DNA from: Halomicronema hongdechloris C2206 | Lineage (GTDB): Bacteria; Cyanobacteriota; Cyanobacteriia; Phormidesmidales; Phormidesmidaceae | Length of the DNA stretch: 32,000 bases | Assembly: GCF_002075285.3 (NCBI RefSeq) | Contig: NZ_CP021983.2 | Coordinates: forward strand, 1,470,001 to 1,502,000 | Direction: 5' to 3' | Part shown: positions 10,149 through 17,860 of the stretch, piece by piece | Layout: each line of letters starts with the position of its first letter | How positions within the stretch are numbered: the first letter of the stretch is position 1 | Program-made: the position numbers and the translations under genes | Notes under the pieces: generated by a model | What the model was told of the DNA's origin: nothing | What the model saw: only the letters and a program-made list of their open reading frames with translations | The model's database searches: none

Positions 10149-11071
10149 AGGTCGCCATTACTGGAGCCACCGGATTCGTCGGCAGCCGCCTGGTGAAACG
10201 GTTGCAAGAACAAGGGCATGACAGCCTGGTGCTGACTCGCGATGCCAGCAAAGGGCGGCGGGTGTTTCCCACCAGTGCCTTTCCCCGAGTGCAGGTGGTG
10301 GCCTATGAGCCGCTGCAATCGGGAGCCTGGCAAGATGCGATCGCAGGCTGCGACGGCGTCGTCAACCTGGCCGGAGCCCCGATCTCAGAACGGTGGACCC
10401 CAGAGCACAAACAAGCCATGCTCAACAGCCGCCAGATCGGCACCGCCAAAGTAGTCGAGGCCATTGCCAACGCCGAGCCCAAACCCAACGTTCTCGTCAA
10501 TGCCTCCGCCATCGGCTACTACGGCACCAGCGAAACGGCCCGCTTCGACGAAACTAGCGCCCCGGTAGAGGATGACTTTCTCTCCCAAGTCTGCCGGGCC
10601 TGGGAAGCAGAAGCCCACAAGGTCAAAGAGGCTGGGGTGCGCCTGGTGATTCTGCGCTTCGGCATCGTCCTGGGCATGGGTGGAGCCATCGCCCGCATGG
10701 TGCCGCCCTTCCGCCTCTTTGCCGGCGGCCCCATCGGCAGCGGTCGGCAGTGGTTCTCCTGGATCCACCGAGAAGATTTGGTCAGTCTCATCCTCAAGGC
10801 CCTCAGCGAAGACACTATGGCCGGCATCTACAATGCCACCACCCCTCATCCCGTACGCATGGCCGAGCTATGCCATGCCCTAGGAGAGGTACTCAATCGC
10901 CCTTCCTGGCTGCCAGTCCCCGACTTCGTCCTAGAAGCTCTGTTGGGGGACGGGGCTAAGGTGGTGCTCGAGGGCCAGCAAGTATTACCCAAACGCACTG
11001 AAGCCAGCGGCTTCACGTTCCAATATCCCCGCGTAAAAGCTGCCCTGCAAGAGATCCTCACCGATTCTTGA
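10145..11071 (+). CDS. TIGR01777-type SDR/NAD-dependent epimerase-like oxidoreductase (YfcH-like)
   Basis: 308 aa with Rossmann motif VAITGATGFVGSRLV. Length and C-terminal region are typical of the family. Its start overlaps the psb28 stop (ATGA at 10145-10148). Confidence 0.75.
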   Translation: MKVAITGATGFVGSRLVKRLQEQGHDSLVLTRDASKGRRVFPTSAFPRVQVVAYEPLQSGAWQDAIAGCDGVVNLAGAPISERWTPEHKQAMLNSRQIGTAKVVEAIANAEPKPNVLVNASAIGYYGTSETARFDETSAPVEDDFLSQVCRAWEAEAHKVKEAGVRLVILRFGIVLGMGGAIARMVPPFRLFAGGPIGSGRQWFSWIHREDLVSLILKALSEDTMAGIYNATTPHPVRMAELCHALGEVLNRPSWLPVPDFVLEALLGDGAKVVLEGQQVLPKRTEASGFTFQYPRVKAALQEILTDS

Positions 11072-11132
11072 GAGACCAACGCCTCGTCCTCGGTTTATGC
11101 TGAGGGCAGACGCATCTCGCCGGAGGGGGATC

Positions 11133-12133
11133 ATGTCCCAAGGCAACCGGGATCAGAACATCCCCGCGTTGATTGCCGCCTTGCTCATCACCATCGCCCT
11201 GGCAGGGGGAGCCTATTGGTTTCTCGGTAGGCCCCTACTCAGGCAATTCAGCAACAGCCCCGCCCCATCCTCTACCCCCGACAGTACCAACTCCCCGACT
11301 CCTAGCCCTGCCCCCCAAGCAAGGGACAGCCTCAACAGTCTCGATGATCTAGATACCTCACTGCCCAATCCCGCCGTTTTGACCATAGACGGCAGTGTTA
11401 CCCTAGTGGCCCTCGTCAAGCAATTTCAACTGGCCTACACTCAGGTCAACCCCAACATTCCCACCACCTACGGCGTCCCCGCTGGCCAACCCAACGGCAG
11501 CAATGCCGGTCTGCAGCACCTGCTCAATGACGAGGTGGTCATGGCCTTCAGCTCCCGCCCCCTAACTGCTGAGGAGCGCCAGGCCGGACTGCAAGCGATT
11601 CCCTTCGCCCGGGATGCCTTAGCTGTCGTGGTCGGGCAAACCAATCCCTTCAATGACAGCCTCACCCTGAGCCAACTGCAGCAGATCTTCCAAGGGCAAC
11701 TGACCAACTGGTCGGAATTAGGCGGCCCTAATGCCCCGATTCGGGTGATCAATCGCGCCGCCGATAGTGGCACCCATTCTCTCTTCAAAGACCTGGTGCT
11801 GCTGGGACAAGACTTTGCCCCCGATGGCCCCACCTTCACCACCCTGACGCAGGGGATGAAACCACTCCAATGCTGCGAACCCTGGAAGCCAATGGCATTG
11901 GCTACAGCACCGTGCAGCAAGTGGTCGATCAATCTACCGTCAAGATCTTGCCCATCGAGGGAACCTTGCCCACTGATGCAGAAGCGGTACGCCAGGGCAC
12001 CTATCCCCTTAGCCGGGTAGTTTATGTCGTGATAACCAACCCACCAGCCCGGCAGTGGCAAGAGTTCATCGCCATGATGCTCTCTGACCAAGGACAATCC
12101 ATCGTCGAGCGGGTTGGCTTTTTACCCCTGTAG
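11133..12133 (+). pseudogene. PstS-family periplasmic phosphate-binding protein-like gene, frameshifted in the G run 11852-11855
   Basis: ORFs 11097..12020 (frame 0) and 11870..12133 (frame 2) join as ...DGPTFTTLTQG|DETTPMLRTLEANGIGYSTVQQV...GTYPLSRVVYVVI. There is an N-terminal TM/signal anchor IPALIAALLITIALAGGAYWF and the RAADSGTHSLF motif typical of PstS-like PBPs. Confidence 0.65.
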
Positions 12134-12264
12134 ATATGCCTGCAAAATTGAGCCCCGAACAGCTATTGGCTTAGAATTTCGAGCAGGGGGAGTCACGATA
12201 TCGACAGCAATTCTGGGCTTGGGATGAGCGGTGGGCTGGCAAAACGATACGTTAGGAAGAGACA

Positions 12265-12645
12265 GTGATGACCAACAGTGCCGATGACCGACTGAGCCGC
12301 ATTGAGGCCATCGTAGAAGCTAATGCCACGGCCATTGCCGAACTGCAGCAGGCCACGGACTCCGGCTTTGAGCAAACCCGCCAACGAACCGCCGAACTGC
12401 AGCAGACCATGGACTCCGGCTTTGAGCAAACCCGCCAAATCATCGAGCGCGAAGCTGCCGAAGCCATTAGCCTCATCAGCGGTCTAGCCGAGCACCAAGA
12501 GGAAACCGATAGCCGCTTCAACAATCTGCTGCAGGAGGCTCGTGCGGACCGGCAGCGTAACGAAAACGAGCATCAGGCATTTCGGGAGTCCTTTCAGAAT
12601 ATGCTGGCCGAAATTGCCCGTATCTGGCAGCGCCTGGCAGGATAG
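12265..12645 (+). CDS. Hypothetical coiled-coil protein with an internal 18-residue duplication
   Basis: 126-aa ORF containing ELQQATDSGFEQTRQ / ELQQTMDSGFEQTRQ, encoded by a 54-bp-period tandem repeat. I recognise no family. Confidence 0.5.
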   Translation: MMTNSADDRLSRIEAIVEANATAIAELQQATDSGFEQTRQRTAELQQTMDSGFEQTRQIIEREAAEAISLISGLAEHQEETDSRFNNLLQEARADRQRNENEHQAFRESFQNMLAEIARIWQRLAG

Positions 12646-12737
12646 GCCTATACAGTGCCCTTGCTACTCTAGAGATCTATACACCCTCACGCTGCCAAGA
12701 TGTCAGGATCACCGAATTGTGGTATGTTATTGAGCAG

Positions 12738-12921
12738 TAGAAGGGGAGTAGCCCTAGATCCTGGCAGGATCTAGCCGTCTGAATCAACATGCTGGCGATG
12801 AGCCTGGTTCAGATGGCGAATCGATTCCAACTCATAGCTTTGGCTGTCCTACTGCCTAGGCAGGCCAAGATGTGAGTTTGGCGCTAATCAGCATTTTTCG
12901 ATTCGCACGCGAGACCTTCAC
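12738..12921 (+). promoter_or_regulatory. Candidate yybP-ykoY (Mn2+) riboswitch aptamer upstream of mnx
   Basis: GAAGGGGAGTAGCC at 12740-12753 matches the conserved GGGGAGUAGC L1 element. The 3' CGAGACCTTC (12910-12919) closes P1 (GAAGG/CCTTC). A perfect 9-bp hairpin CTAGATCCT-GGC-AGGATCTAG follows L1. GAATC-AACATGC (12781-) pairs with GATTC-GCACGCGAGACC (12900-), resembling the L3/P3.1 consensus. The P3 insert is longer than usual. Confidence 0.5.
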
Positions 12922-13012
12922 TGAGTCCACGGTTAAGTGGGCTTGGTGGGGTCTTTTAATCCTTTAAAGGGATCCGTCATGCCTGCTTAACCACCACATC
13001 ACGGAAACAGGC

Positions 13013-13639
13013 ATGAGCATATTGACCGGATTTACGGCAGGGTTACTCTTGATTACCCTGTCTGAGTTGGGAGATAAGACCTTCTTCATCGGCGCTATTC
13101 TAGCCATGCGCCATTCCCGTCGTTGGGTATTTACCGGGGTGACGGCGGCCCTGTTGGCCATGACCATCCTGTCGGTCCTCATTGGTCAGGTGGTGACGGC
13201 TTTACCCCACGTTTATGTACAAGGAGTCGCCATCGCCCTATTCCTGGGCTTTGGCGGCAAACTGCTTTACGATGCCTGGTCCATGGCTAGGCCAGGGGAC
13301 TTAGACCATGAACAGGCGGATGCCCTGGCAGCAGTCGAACAGCGAGAACAGGGCCTGACCACCTGGTCCACCGGAGCCATTTTGGCTGAGGCCTTCACCC
13401 TTACTTTCATGGCAGAGTGGGGGGATCGCACCCAGCTGGCTACCATTACCCTGGCCGCTGCCCATCATCCCATCGGCATTGTGGCTGGGGCCAGCCTAGG
13501 CCATACCATCACCACCTGCATTGCTGTCATCTGCGGCAAGCTGGTTGCCGGTCGCATCTCTGAGCGCCTCTTGACAGGGTTAGGCGGCGGGTTGTTTGTC
13601 TTATTCGGTCTGATTACCGCCCTGAGGATGGGCACCTGA
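13013..13639 (+). CDS. mnx: UPF0016/TMEM165/GDT1-family Mn2+(Ca2+) transporter (Mnx/SynPAM71-like)
   Basis: 208 aa, multi-TM, with two copies of the family signature E-x-G-D-[KR]-[TS]: ELGDKTFF and EWGDRTQL. Confidence 0.85.
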   Translation: MSILTGFTAGLLLITLSELGDKTFFIGAILAMRHSRRWVFTGVTAALLAMTILSVLIGQVVTALPHVYVQGVAIALFLGFGGKLLYDAWSMARPGDLDHEQADALAAVEQREQGLTTWSTGAILAEAFTLTFMAEWGDRTQLATITLAAAHHPIGIVAGASLGHTITTCIAVICGKLVAGRISERLLTGLGGGLFVLFGLITALRMGT

Positions 13640-13646
13640 GTCAGCT

Positions 13647-15035
13647 TCACCAGGATAATTGCTGTCCTCTGAGCCCGGCAGGGGCTACTAAGCTGTAGCG
13701 GTGCAGCAGGGAAGGCAGAATGTCGTAGAGCTGAGCCTGCTGCAGCACCTGCCCCTGCTTGGGATCCTGGGGATCATAGAAGATCATCAGGCCCTGGGGA
13801 GCGTGATTAGCGTCGTCGGGACCGGTGTCATTCTCGACCGCATAGATGCTGTCAAAGCCGACGCTACCGATGGAACGCCAGGCCAGATCATCGAAATAAA
13901 CGATCAAATCGGGGGCTCGTCCCCGCACCTTTTGGTAGATCTGCTGGGGCTTGAAGGCCTCCACCTTGAGGGGACATCCCGCCGGACCCGGCAGCTGACT
14001 CAGCTGGTCAATCAACTGGTCGCGGGTGGCCTCATAGGCGGCCATGGGCACCACTCCCTGGGGTTCGCGGCCCTTGACGTTGAGAAAGATGCGAGCGTAA
14101 TAGCCCCCGGCTCCCCAAGCTTGGGTCTGCTCCCAGTCCACCGCAACCTGATCCAAGGATTGGGGAGTGTCCGGCCGTTGCTTCAGAGTGAGGTAGCCCT
14201 GGGCCTGCAACCATTCATTGATGCAAATGCCCCCCATCAACGGTTGGGCCCCATGGTCTGAGACTACCAGCACCGCCGTGTCCTGATCGCAGTGCTCTAG
14301 CAGGGAGCCTACCCGCTGATCCACATGGCGGTAGTAGTCATAGATGGCCGTGGCATAGGGCGAGTCGGGCTCATACTGGGGATGGCGCGGGTCCATCGGT
14401 TTCCAGAAGGCATGGTGAATCCGATCGACCCCCATGTCGACCAGCATCAGAAAATCGGGACCGTCTTGAACAATCAGCTTCTCTGCCAGGGTGAAGCGCT
14501 GGTCGCAGAGCCGATAGAGATTTTCCAGAATCTGCTTTTTATCATCAGAGCGAAAATTGGGCACATCCATCATGAAGTCCGGCATCCAGCTGCGCAGCTG
14601 CTGTCCCAGCTCTGGCGGATGGGTAAAGGGCACCTCGGGGCTGGGAGTGAGAAAGCACGATACCAACGAGCCATTGACCGGATAGGGGGGCGACGTCCCC
14701 GGCACACTCAACACCGCCACCTGCCAGCCGGCCTCCCCCAGCAAGTCCCACAGTCGCGGAAATTTCACCGCCCGTCCATCAGAGATGGCCATACTGTGAT
14801 AATTACGGTCCTGACGGTTGCGAAACCCATAGATACCCAACTCCCCTGGATCGCGTCCGGTCATCATGCAGCTCCAGGCCGGTACCGTAATGGCTGGAAT
14901 GCTGCTCTCGAGACGACCATAGCTACCCTGGGCCATGAGGCGGCTGAGGTGGGGCAACTGAGAGCGCCACTGCTCGAACACCAGGGAAGGCTCCATGCAG
15001 TCGAGGCCGATAATCAGCAGGCGGGGAGTAGGCAT
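13647..15035 (-). CDS. Alkaline-phosphatase-superfamily nucleotide pyrophosphatase/phosphodiesterase (PF01663-like)
   Basis: The ORF runs 13647..15176. I place the start at ATG 15035 (MPTPRLLIIGLDCMEPSL), which removes the overlap with the upstream gene. LLIIGLDC and VLVVSDHG are the metal-site motifs of this superfamily. Confidence 0.7.
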   Translation of the reverse strand: MPTPRLLIIGLDCMEPSLVFEQWRSQLPHLSRLMAQGSYGRLESSIPAITVPAWSCMMTGRDPGELGIYGFRNRQDRNYHSMAISDGRAVKFPRLWDLLGEAGWQVAVLSVPGTSPPYPVNGSLVSCFLTPSPEVPFTHPPELGQQLRSWMPDFMMDVPNFRSDDKKQILENLYRLCDQRFTLAEKLIVQDGPDFLMLVDMGVDRIHHAFWKPMDPRHPQYEPDSPYATAIYDYYRHVDQRVGSLLEHCDQDTAVLVVSDHGAQPLMGGICINEWLQAQGYLTLKQRPDTPQSLDQVAVDWEQTQAWGAGGYYARIFLNVKGREPQGVVPMAAYEATRDQLIDQLSQLPGPAGCPLKVEAFKPQQIYQKVRGRAPDLIVYFDDLAWRSIGSVGFDSIYAVENDTGPDDANHAPQGLMIFYDPQDPKQGQVLQQAQLYDILPSLLHRYSLVAPAGLRGQQLSW

Positions 15036-15073
15036 AGTAATAGCCAGTAGCGATCTCCTTATTGTAGGCGTCC

Positions 15074-16255
15074 CTAGGACTGGGATAACCGTTTCACCGT
15101 TTCCCCCCCTAGGCGCTGGTGGGTCTCGGCCAACAGCTTGGGAATCTTCTGGGCGTGAGGGCTGCGGGCTAGGCACTTCGATAAGTCCAAGCGGTCAATA
15201 TCGCCAGCTTGTTGACCGGGAAACCAATGGCCGCCATTGCCCAGGAGATTGTAGCGGGCCTTGGCATACTCGTCCATATCAAAGGCCACCAGCAGGTTAT
15301 GCAGCCAAAGGATAGTGGGAATGTTGATGCGCCCAGGAGTATCTTCCGGCGTCGGCAGTCCCACCTGCCAGGTGCGTAGCCAATCGGTGCCTAGGGCATC
15401 GCTGGCAGCTTGCTCCAGTCGCTGCACAATTGGCGGTAGGATTTCTGCGGCTTGCTCTAACAGCGGCAAGACCTGCAAATGCTCATCAAAGTCGCTGGGG
15501 CGAGCCGCCCCTAGGCTGAGGGTATGGACCTGGGGATGGCTGAGGCAGAAGAGATCGTTGAAGACCATGGGGCTGAGGGGCGCACAGAGGTCAACTAGCT
15601 TCTGGGGCGGGTTGTAGAGATGGCCGCCCTTGTCTGAAGGACTGATGATGAATACCCCCATGTCATGGCGATTGGCGGCTTCAATGGCAGGCCAGTTGTC
15701 CTGATTGATGTAGTACCAGTGCAGATTGACGTAGTCGAATTGGTTGGTCTCGATGGCCTGCAGAATCACCCAGGTGGGGGCATGGGTAGAGAAGCCGATG
15801 TGGCCAATGCGTCCAGCCCGTTGAAAGGCTTGGGCCACCTCTAGGCAACCTCCCGGTCGGACGGTGTAGTCCAGCAGGTCTGGGGTGTTGATGCCATGGA
15901 TGCCGAGCAGATCGATGTGCTCCAGCCGTAGATTCTGCAGGGATTGCTCTAAGGTGCGACGAAAGTCTTGGGGATCGGGCTTGGGGGAAATTTTGGTCTG
16001 GACGATCAGCTTTTCCCGGGGCAAGCGGGGCAGAATCCGCCCCAACTGGATCTCAGAAGTACCATAGCCCCGGGCTGTTTCAATGTGAGTGATGCCGACC
16101 TCTAAGGCCCGGCGAATGGTGGCCTCGAGGTTAGCTTGGTTTTTCTGGGGAATTTGCCAGTGGGGACTGTCTTTCCAGGAATGCTGATAGCGCATGCCGC
16201 CGCAGGAAAAGACGGGCATGGGTAAATTGGTGCGGCCAAAGCGTCGATACTGCAT
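15074..16255 (-). CDS. Aldo/keto reductase family oxidoreductase with a C-terminal extension
   Basis: 393 aa: MQYRRFGRTNLPMPVFSCGGMRY...GITHIETARGYGTSE...IDLLGIHGIN...GHIGFSTH, an AKR fold pattern. Confidence 0.8.
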   Translation of the reverse strand: MQYRRFGRTNLPMPVFSCGGMRYQHSWKDSPHWQIPQKNQANLEATIRRALEVGITHIETARGYGTSEIQLGRILPRLPREKLIVQTKISPKPDPQDFRRTLEQSLQNLRLEHIDLLGIHGINTPDLLDYTVRPGGCLEVAQAFQRAGRIGHIGFSTHAPTWVILQAIETNQFDYVNLHWYYINQDNWPAIEAANRHDMGVFIISPSDKGGHLYNPPQKLVDLCAPLSPMVFNDLFCLSHPQVHTLSLGAARPSDFDEHLQVLPLLEQAAEILPPIVQRLEQAASDALGTDWLRTWQVGLPTPEDTPGRINIPTILWLHNLLVAFDMDEYAKARYNLLGNGGHWFPGQQAGDIDRLDLSKCLARSPHAQKIPKLLAETHQRLGGETVKRLSQS

Positions 16256-16321
16256 TGGTCAAATGTATGGAGGCTCTCTTCCACTGGTTCTATCACAGAA
16301 CTATAAAGAAGCACTTCCCCT

Positions 16322-16510
16322 GGGGTGATGGGGTGTATAGCCTAACGGCATTCAAGCAAGGCGGAGCCTGCCTGGAGGGCTGAGTGTTGAGTGTTGAGTG
16401 TTGAGTGTTGAGTGAATGGTTTGGCGCCCTGTCAAACGGTGGATGGGCGGGCGAGTAGGCCGATAGCGGATAGAGGTAAGGGGACAGGGTAGGGGCGCGG
16501 GAAAAGGCAG
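16322..16510. repeat. Dispersed MITE-like repeat, copy 2 (inverted relative to copy 1)
   Basis: This is the reverse complement of copy 1 (see 5148-5550). Its heptamer array is (GAGTGTT)x4 at 16381-16413. It lacks the nested 72-bp hairpin element. Track ORF 16293..16571 is a translation of this repeat. Confidence 0.8.
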
Positions 16511-16631
16511 CAAATATCTCGGGGGCACAAGTCTGGTCGGGGTAGGAGTCTGGTTCGGTAGAAGGCGGCAACCTAAGCGGCCTTCAGATCACCCTTTCAT
16601 CCTTTCTCCTTTTGCCTTCTGATTTTCTATC

Positions 16632-16666
16632 GTTTCCGTCCCCTTGCGGGGTAATGGGTTTTGAAC
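16632..16666 (-). CRISPR. Solitary CRISPR-like repeat (a single unit, no array)
   Basis: The minus-strand reading is GTTCAAAACCCATTACCCCGCAAGGGGACGGAAAC (35 nt). It has a GTTCAA..ACCC 5' end, an internal CCCC-GCAA-GGGG hairpin and a 3' GGAAAC. That layout matches cyanobacterial Cas6-type repeats such as Synechocystis CRISPR2 GTTCAACACCCTCTTTTCCCCGTCAGGGGACTGAAAC (quoted from memory). I found no second copy in the window. Confidence 0.4.
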
Positions 16667-16906
16667 CCCCTCGATCTGGAGCCCTTACAGGGCAAAGGTT
16701 TCAGGGGGGTGTTTTCGCTAGGGTCTCGTGGAAAGCAAAATTATTGCGAATCCCTGTCAATAGACCTCTGTGGAAAACACCTGAAACCTTTACGTAGCAA
16801 GCGATTCGCTAGGGTTAACAAAACTATGCGGTTTTCAAGGATCGGAAGACCCCCACGAAAGCGAGAGATTTACGAACATATTAGTCGCTGAATATTTGAA
16901 AATCAA

Positions 16907-17632
16907 TCAAATCGCAGGATTTCGCAATATTCCATAGTTATCCAGCTCTCTCGCCGCTTCCGACATCATCTGCTGTCGCACCACCAGCGGCGCAATCACC
17001 TCCCCCTGCGGTCGCCAATCGCGCAGTCGCATCGTTACATTAATATCCCCTACCCGCATCCAGCCCCGGTAGTAGGCATCTGTAGCGGGACGCTGGGCCA
17101 GTACCTGCAAAATCTCCTGCTGTTCCGTTGCCTCCGCCACCTCAATATGCACCAATTGCGCCAACTCCCCATAGCTCACCGGCCCAAAGGTGGGGTGGCG
17201 CTCCGTATCCTGTACATACCCGTGGGCAAACTCCGGCTCAAACCGCATGATCAGCAGTGCTTTGGGCAGATAAAAATTAAATCCCCAGGCCGCTGCCAAC
17301 TGCACCTGCACCTGTTCTGGGGTAGGCAGTTGCCCGGTGTCCCGCAGGGTTTTGAGCTCGGGGGGCACCGCTGGATCGCCCCAGGGTAAGACCCTCAGGT
17401 GGGGGGAGCGGATGCGATCCAGGCGGTAGTTATGCCAGCCAATGTGGCCATCGGGATCTTGGCCATAGGCGCTGAGGTACTTGGCCCGGCGGGCATAGTG
17501 CACACACACTGGATACACCGTCACCGTGGCGGTGCGCCGTTGGCGAACCACCCAGTTGTCAAACTGAATCACGCCGCCATCGGGGGTTTGCCAGAGGGCT
17601 TCGATTTGCTGCTGGTAGCTGTCCACCCTCAT
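16907..17632 (-). CDS. WYL-domain protein with C-terminal extension and no N-terminal HTH (CRISPR-associated WYL-like)
   Basis: GHIGWHNYRLDRIRSPHLRVL is the WYL signature, followed by a ~150-aa C-terminal domain. Only ~65 residues precede the motif, so there is no room for a wHTH. The 5' end is interrupted by a MITE. ATG 17632 sits at the MITE junction, and the TTG at 17668 used by the track lies inside the MITE. Confidence 0.7.
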   Translation of the reverse strand: MRVDSYQQQIEALWQTPDGGVIQFDNWVVRQRRTATVTVYPVCVHYARRAKYLSAYGQDPDGHIGWHNYRLDRIRSPHLRVLPWGDPAVPPELKTLRDTGQLPTPEQVQVQLAAAWGFNFYLPKALLIMRFEPEFAHGYVQDTERHPTFGPVSYGELAQLVHIEVAEATEQQEILQVLAQRPATDAYYRGWMRVGDINVTMRLRDWRPQGEVIAPLVVRQQMMSEAARELDNYGILRNPAI

Positions 17633-17756
17633 TGACTGACAAAACCTGCTAGAACCCAGACTATCCAAAGGGTCAGGGAACCTGCCCCCTACAGCATCCG
17701 AAATCTGGTAAGGGCGCGGAAACCGCGCCCAATGCAGAATCTTTTGTCAGTCAACC
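17628..17756. mobile_element. 129-bp MITE with 13-bp perfect terminal inverted repeats and a flanking 11-bp direct repeat
   Basis: The TIRs are TTGACTGACAAAA (17632-17644) and TTTTGTCAGTCAA (17742-17754). The direct repeat AGCTGTCCACC occurs at 17617-17627 and 17757-17767. An internal hairpin GGGCGCGGAAACCGCGCCC (17712-17730) is related to the one at 5323-5341. Confidence 0.65.
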
Positions 17757-17860
17757 AGCTGTCCACCTGCTCTTGCATCTCATCTGAAAGAATATAGTGC
17801 AAATGCAGAAAAATCCGATTGAAACCTTAATTTACGAACTTTTCACTCTAAAAAACTTGA

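Noticed and set aside
8321-11875. Programmed ribosomal frameshifting or recoding at the bciB, response-regulator and pstS-like breaks.
   Set aside because: I see no slippery heptamer or downstream structure. The genes are not known to be recoded. All the shifts fit simple one-base loss in G runs.
5148-16510. Possibility that the inverted repeats define a composite transposon or genomic island.
   Set aside because: The enclosed genes are native-composition housekeeping genes with HIP1 sites. There is no transposase or integrase, and the repeats are short non-autonomous elements.
16560-16906. A CRISPR array or degenerate repeats next to the solitary repeat (e.g. GTTTCAGGGGGGTG at 16698).
   Set aside because: Only one unit matches the repeat pattern. 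The other GTTTC-starting stretches do not align with it, so no array can be called.
17633-17668. TTG-initiated N-terminal extension of the WYL ORF (MDSLGSSRFCQS...).
   Set aside because: These codons lie inside the MITE and use a TTG start. The ATG at 17632 at the junction, or the pre-insertion ATG beyond the MITE, is more plausible.
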